This document shows positions 26,219-30,393 of a DNA stretch of 30,393 nucleotides, one piece after another. Position 1 is the stretch's first letter. The number at the start of each line of letters is the position of its first letter. Source of the DNA: an uncultured bacterium. GTDB taxonomy: Bacteria > Hydrogenedentota > Hydrogenedentia > Hydrogenedentales > JAEUWI01. The stretch spans positions 1 to 30,393 of the forward strand of contig CAXBPH010000058.1 of NCBI GenBank assembly GCA_963977445.1. Direction: 5' to 3'. Under the pieces are notes generated by a model, which saw nothing but the letters and a program-made list of their open reading frames with translations, was not told the origin of the DNA and ran no database searches. The translations under genes were made by a program, and so were the position numbers.

Positions 26219-26960
26219 TAAGAACAATTCTTCAAAGAAGCAACGCGTCTGGCTGGCGCTTGTCGTGGTCTATCTCGTCCTCGTTCTGGGAATCGACACC
26301 CTGGCGACGCTACGGGTCGAGTGGCTCTTTCCCTGGTCCCGCCTGCAATGGTATCTCTCCACCCCTTTTCCGAGTCTGCGCCCAACCGCGTGGGACACCT
26401 TTGACCTGTTCAAATTCGTTTTCTGGTTTGTCATCCCCTTTCTTGTGTGCCTCCCAAAGATGGACTGGCGATACCTCGTCGCCAACCGCTGGAACCGATG
26501 GGACGCCGCCCTCGTAGGCGGCTTGGCCGTGCTGGGGATGCTCGCCATGTTTATCATCCCCCATATACCCGCCCTCCAAGCCATTTATCCCAGCCTGGGC
26601 CATCTGGAGCCCGAGCAGAAATGGGGCTACATACAGCGGGCCATGACGTGGAATGCCTCGTGGCTGTTGGGCTGGGAGTTTCTCCACCGCTACGTACTCC
26701 TGCGGGCCGTGCAGAAAGAAGAGACAACGGGACGCTGGGGACTACCCGGCCGGGGCGCAGGCCAATGGTATTGGCTTGTCGTTCCCCTGTCGGAGACCAT
26801 CTACCACCTGCAAAAGCCCCTTGCGGAAATGGGAGGTATGCTGGTCTTCTCCATTGTGCTGACCCTGTGGTGCCTGAGTCAGAAAAAGTGGCTTGTGGCC
26901 TGTCTGGTGCACCTGATCATCGAGGTGGAGTTGGTGGTGTTTATGACCTTGTTGCAGTAG
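26208..26960 (+). CDS. CPBP/Abi (CAAX protease-like) intramembrane protein
   Basis: Multi-TM protein with WEFLHR, YHLQKP.AE and C-terminal VHLIIE motifs; overlaps the nth stop. Confidence 0.7.
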   Translation: MPDSKNNSSKKQRVWLALVVVYLVLVLGIDTLATLRVEWLFPWSRLQWYLSTPFPSLRPTAWDTFDLFKFVFWFVIPFLVCLPKMDWRYLVANRWNRWDAALVGGLAVLGMLAMFIIPHIPALQAIYPSLGHLEPEQKWGYIQRAMTWNASWLLGWEFLHRYVLLRAVQKEETTGRWGLPGRGAGQWYWLVVPLSETIYHLQKPLAEMGGMLVFSIVLTLWCLSQKKWLVACLVHLIIEVELVVFMTLLQ

Positions 26961-27033
26961 GGACGTGAAAATAGATTTCACCATGGAGGCACGGAGCACA
27001 CAAAGATATGAGTACAGGGGTCGTGAATAACTG

Positions 27034-27225
27034 GGGTGCCACCTACACGGACACGAGGCACGAGTGGCCTTGTGGGTGGGGATGCGGGAAGACTAATGCC
27101 GCTGGTAGCACAACCAACCCGGAGTGACCACTAACGTTAATTCACCCATGGGTAGATAGCGTGATTGCTGAAGGCTCTCACCCACAAGCTTAGCCGGGAA
27201 CCGGCTGCGCGTGTAGGTGGCACCC
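27034..27225. repeat. 192-bp element with nested inverted repeats (MITE/REPIN-like or structured RNA)
   Basis: Perfect 16-bp IR GGGTGCCACCTACACG (27034-27049/27210-27225) and inner perfect 10-bp IR CTTGTGGGTG (27069-27078/27179-27188). Confidence 0.75.
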
Positions 27226-27483
27226 AAAGGCCTCTTGTTTACCGTGTGTTGATGAGTCGCTAAGGTCCCTCCCGCTCCAGCAAGTTTTCAACGCGCAAGG
27301 CCGCACCACGCATTCCGCCAGCACGAGGGCGTAAAAAACGGTGAGCAAGCTCACCGAAATCACCGGCCCCAGTCGAGATGGATCGTCCATGTTCGTCAGG
27401 ATTTGAATCCACCCAATCAAGATGCCGATGAAGCAACTAACGTAAAGATGGGTCGCCATTTTTCGCAAATTGACCGGGTCCAC
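27190..27483 (-). pseudogene. Short ORF or fragment resembling the last two TM helices of MotA/PomA (MotA/TolQ/ExbB family)
   Basis: FIGILIGWIQILTNMDDPSRLGPVISVSLLTVFYALVLAECVVRP. Start is GTG 27483 or ATG 27459; the N-terminal MotA helices are absent. Confidence 0.55.
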
Positions 27484-27493
27484 CGCCTCACCC

Positions 27494-27985
27494 CTATTCT
27501 TCGTCGCGGGGCATCTCAAAGGACATGCGCGAGAGTGCGCTGGTGAGAATGTCGATGATGAGCTGGGATTGGGTCGTATCTTCCACTTTTGCCGCGATAC
27601 GGAGGGCTTCGTGGAGATCATTGGGGATTTTCAGGGTAATCTTCGTGCTTTCGAAGAGATCCTGGTGCATTAAAAGGTTGTCGGGCACCTTGGGAGCCGG
27701 AGGATTCTCGCTGAAGAGGTCTTGCTGGCTGGGTATGTGGGCCGCCTCCAAATCACCATCCAATTCGGCATAGACGGTTTGCAAGATTTCCAGATTGCTC
27801 CGACCTGACTCAATTAACGCCACAATATTCCCTCGTCCACCCAGTTTTCGCAGATGGCGCGCGACACCTGCGGGGGTCATGGCGAAACCACTCTGGCGGA
27901 TAAATTCCACCGCTGCGTCTCCGTCCAAACCACACCGCACGGCCTCGATTACCCGTTCCTGCTTTTGCTGTGCTTGTTTTGCCAT
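27494..27985 (-). CDS. Hypothetical DNA-binding protein with a C-terminal ribbon-helix-helix domain
   Basis: TKITLKIPNDLHEALRIAAKVEDTTQSQLIIDIL (RHH pattern). ATG 27985 follows GGAGG. Confidence 0.7.
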   Translation of the reverse strand: MAKQAQQKQERVIEAVRCGLDGDAAVEFIRQSGFAMTPAGVARHLRKLGGRGNIVALIESGRSNLEILQTVYAELDGDLEAAHIPSQQDLFSENPPAPKVPDNLLMHQDLFESTKITLKIPNDLHEALRIAAKVEDTTQSQLIIDILTSALSRMSFEMPRDEE

Positions 27986-28044
27986 AATCTCGCCTCCGTT
28001 TCTGCCTGGGCGGTTAGAACCGCCGGCCAACGGCCACAAGAACA

Positions 28045-28073
28045 AGTATAGTAAATTGTTGACTAAAATACAA
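28045..28073 (-). promoter_or_regulatory. Putative sigma-70 promoter for the RHH protein gene
   Basis: Minus strand TTGTAT-17 nt-TATACT. Confidence 0.5.
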
Positions 28074-28248
28074 GAATTTTCATATTGAAACTCATAATCC
28101 TTGCTTCGACAGATTGGGGTCTTTCGACGAAAGACTAGACTATCGGCCCCGTATGCAGGGCGCCGACAGCATCTCCCTCCCATGAGCCAAGGCGCAATTG
28201 TGCTCGATTTACAGGGACATTTGGACTTTCCCGTGTCTAACGAATACT

Positions 28249-28278
28249 TTGACTCTCTTTCACAGTGGGTGCTATGAT
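28249..28278 (+). promoter_or_regulatory. Putative sigma-70 promoter for hpf
   Basis: TTGACT-18 nt-TATGAT with extended TG; GGAGG RBS downstream. Confidence 0.6.
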
Positions 28279-28320
28279 CGCACTATCATTAGTGTTAGAG
28301 CAATGGAGGTAAACTAGACT

Positions 28321-28890
28321 ATGAACATTACGGTAACCGGTCGTCATATGGAGATGACGGATGCCCTAAAGGCATATATTCAAACGGGTTTAGAGAAAGT
28401 CGAGTCACACTTTGACAACGCTTTCGACGCCGATGTGATCCTGGATGTTGAAAAGCATCGGCATATTGCCGAAATCAATCTCCTCGCCAATGGCGTCCGC
28501 ATCAACAGTAAAGAAGCTTCTGCCGACATGTATGGGTCGGTAGACGCTGCCCTTGCGAAGCTTGAAAAGCAGATTCGCAAGTACAAGGATCGTATTAATC
28601 GGCATCAGCCCCGTACGGCACGTGAAGCCCGTGATTACCACCATGCCATCATCTCTCTCGATGGTGACAATGCGCCGGAAACCATGGAATCTTCTATTGC
28701 CGTCGCCCACCGGATTGTTGAGCGTGAAAAACTCTCGATGAAGCCGATGAGCGTCGAAGAAGCAACGATGCAACTCGAATTGGTTGAAGATCAGACTTTC
28801 ATTGTGTTTTCCAATGCGGATACCTCTGAAGTCAACGTGCTCTATGCGCGCGAAGACGGCACGTTTGGCCTGATCGAACCCAAGTTTTAG
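28321..28890 (+). CDS. hpf: Long-form ribosome hibernation promoting factor (HPF/RaiA)
   Basis: MNITVTGRHMEMTDALKAY, DMYGSVD...KLEKQIRKYK, C-terminal S30AE domain KPMSVEEA.MQ...F.VF.N...VNVLY.REDG.FGLIEP. Confidence 0.95.
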   Translation: MNITVTGRHMEMTDALKAYIQTGLEKVESHFDNAFDADVILDVEKHRHIAEINLLANGVRINSKEASADMYGSVDAALAKLEKQIRKYKDRINRHQPRTAREARDYHHAIISLDGDNAPETMESSIAVAHRIVEREKLSMKPMSVEEATMQLELVEDQTFIVFSNADTSEVNVLYAREDGTFGLIEPKF

Positions 28891-28902
28891 ACGTAATTGA
28901 AT

Positions 28903-28941
28903 CGGCGGGTTGAAGCCAAGGTTTTCAACCCGCCGTTTTTT
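28903..28941 (+). terminator. Intrinsic terminator after hpf
   Basis: CGGCGGGTTGAA/TTCAACCCGCCG 12-bp stem followed by T6. Confidence 0.85.
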
Positions 28942-28983
28942 ACTTCCCGCTGGCCACTACTTTCCACTGAATGAGGGCCTTTC

Positions 28984-29955
28984 ATGGATACCCAGGATCT
29001 CCCGGTTAACCGGAAGCGCAGCATTCCCGTTGCACGACTGCTGGATCGCCTGGCAGATGACTTGGATATCGAAGTCATTGCGGGATTTCAGGGTATCGGA
29101 CGCCCCGTTTACACGTCTGACATTAACCGACCGGGCCTGGCCCTGAGCGGTTATCTTGAATACTTCGCCAACGACCGTGTTCAGCTTTTGGGCAACACAG
29201 AAATCCATTACATGGAGAAACTGTCCCCCGCCCTGCTGGAACGTCGCCTTACGGCCATGTTCTCCTTCGAAATTCCCATTTTCGTCCTTTCCCGAAACTT
29301 GTCGCCCCAAAACGTCTTTCTCGATCTCTGTAATCATCGGGGCGTCCCGGTTTTGCAGACCTCCCGGTCTACCGACGAAGTCATCAGCCGTATTATCTTG
29401 TTTCTGGCAGAGGAATTCTCTCCGGAGACCGTGATCCACGGCACGGCCGTCGATTGTTACGGCGTGGGGTGCCTCATCGTAGGTACACCGGGTGTTGGTA
29501 AGAGCGAAACCGCCCTGGAACTGATTGAACGGGGCCACCGCCTGATTGCGGATGACGTCGTGGCGATGAAAAAGCTACGGGAAGACAATTTATACGCAGA
29601 GACCAACCCCGTCATTGAGCACCATATGGAAATTCGTGGCGTGGGCATTATCGATGTAAAAGCCGTGTTTGGCGTGGGTTGCGTGCGCAATACCAAACGA
29701 ATAGGCCTGGTCGTTGAACTCGAAGAGTGGGACCAGAAAAAGGCCTACGACCGTACGGGCCTTCTGGAAGAGCACCTGAACATACTCGGTGTTCGTATCC
29801 CCCACCTGCGCATTCCCGTTCGCCCGGGCCGCAACATCGCCATCATTATCGAGGTCGCCGCGCTGAACCATCGCCTGAAAGAACTCGGAATGAATCCGGC
29901 GGAGGAATTCAACAACCGCATCCTTGGTATCATCAGCCAACGAAGTAACAACTGA
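28984..29955 (+). CDS. hprK: HPr(Ser) kinase/phosphorylase
   Basis: DINRPGLALSGY, RVQLLGNTE, HG...GTPGVGKSETALELIERGHRLIADD, EIRGVGII, IPVRPGRN. Confidence 0.97.
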   Translation: MDTQDLPVNRKRSIPVARLLDRLADDLDIEVIAGFQGIGRPVYTSDINRPGLALSGYLEYFANDRVQLLGNTEIHYMEKLSPALLERRLTAMFSFEIPIFVLSRNLSPQNVFLDLCNHRGVPVLQTSRSTDEVISRIILFLAEEFSPETVIHGTAVDCYGVGCLIVGTPGVGKSETALELIERGHRLIADDVVAMKKLREDNLYAETNPVIEHHMEIRGVGIIDVKAVFGVGCVRNTKRIGLVVELEEWDQKKAYDRTGLLEEHLNILGVRIPHLRIPVRPGRNIAIIIEVAALNHRLKELGMNPAEEFNNRILGIISQRSNN

Positions 29956-30048
29956 TAGACACCGCGCAGACTGCCCTTAGATGCCCCATCGAACGGGTCA
30001 ACTGGTCCGTTCCCCTGCTATCCCGAACTGCGGAGGCCACCCTACGCC

Positions 30049-30393
30049 ATGAATACGATTAACTTAATATTGGGATGCCACTCCCACCAGCCCGTCGGCA
30101 ATTTTGATTTCGTATTTGAGGAGGCCTACACAAAGTCCTATGGTCCATTTATTGATGCACTTGAGCGTTTTCCCTCGGTGCGGGCCACCCTCCACTACAC
30201 GGGCCCCCTTTGGGATTGGTTTCTGGCCAATCAACCCCAATATGTTGAACGTCTGGGGCGGCTTGCCCAACGGGGACAAGTCGAAATTATGGGTGGCGGC
30301 TATTACGAACCCCTTTTGTGCGCCATACCCGAACGGGATGCCAAGGCCCAGATCATCCAGAATACCGGGGCGCAGGTCGCGGCTGATCCGGCG
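30049..30393 (+). CDS. Glycoside hydrolase family 57 (alpha-amylase/4-alpha-glucanotransferase), 5' part, runs off the window
   Basis: Translated by hand (absent from the ORF track): MNTINLILGCHSHQPVGNFDFVFEEAYTKSY.PF...LHYTGPL...GQVEIMGGGYYEPLL. HxHQP is the GH57 conserved region 1. Confidence 0.9.
   Translation, partial: MNTINLILGCHSHQPVGNFDFVFEEAYTKSYGPFIDALERFPSVRATLHYTGPLWDWFLANQPQYVERLGRLAQRGQVEIMGGGYYEPLLCAIPERDAKAQIIQNTGAQVAADPA

Noticed and set aside
26979..27006. CACCATGGAGGCACGGAGCACACAAAG, reminiscent of short dispersed purine-rich repeats
   Set aside because: Single degenerate copy in the window, so it cannot be supported as a repeat without the rest of the genome.

Overview
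A ~30 kb bacterial chromosomal segment with no rRNA, tRNA, CRISPR array, integrase or transposase. Most of it is housekeeping: an ECF sigma/anti-sigma triplet, a metallophosphoesterase, lgt, a DksA/TraR-like gene, tex, lon, a BNR/sialidase, metB, crcB-polX-nth-CPBP, hpf, hprK and the 5' part of a GH57. Two accessory regions stand out. (1) At 10.9-14.8 kb, a solitary ectoine synthase (ectC, with no ectA or ectB in the window) is apparently co-transcribed with an ATP-grasp amide/peptide ligase. The pair converges on a ~665-aa 'hypothetical' protein in which I can see a calpain/papain-type Q-C...H...N catalytic set. This is a candidate undescribed amide-ligation/cyclisation pathway, possibly for an osmolyte or small peptide. 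A secreted protein, an orphan GAF kinase and an MscS/MscK channel lie just beyond it. (2) At 24.1-25.5 kb, a BrnT toxin with a hybrid BrnA-like/Xre-HTH antitoxin sits inside the polX-nth repair operon. It is bracketed by duplicated copies of the nth 5' end and the polX 3' end, and lies next to a REPIN-like element showing a compensatory base-pair change. A second element with nested inverted repeats and a MotA-like fragment lie at 27.0-27.5 kb. All assignments come from reading motifs by eye; no database searches were run.
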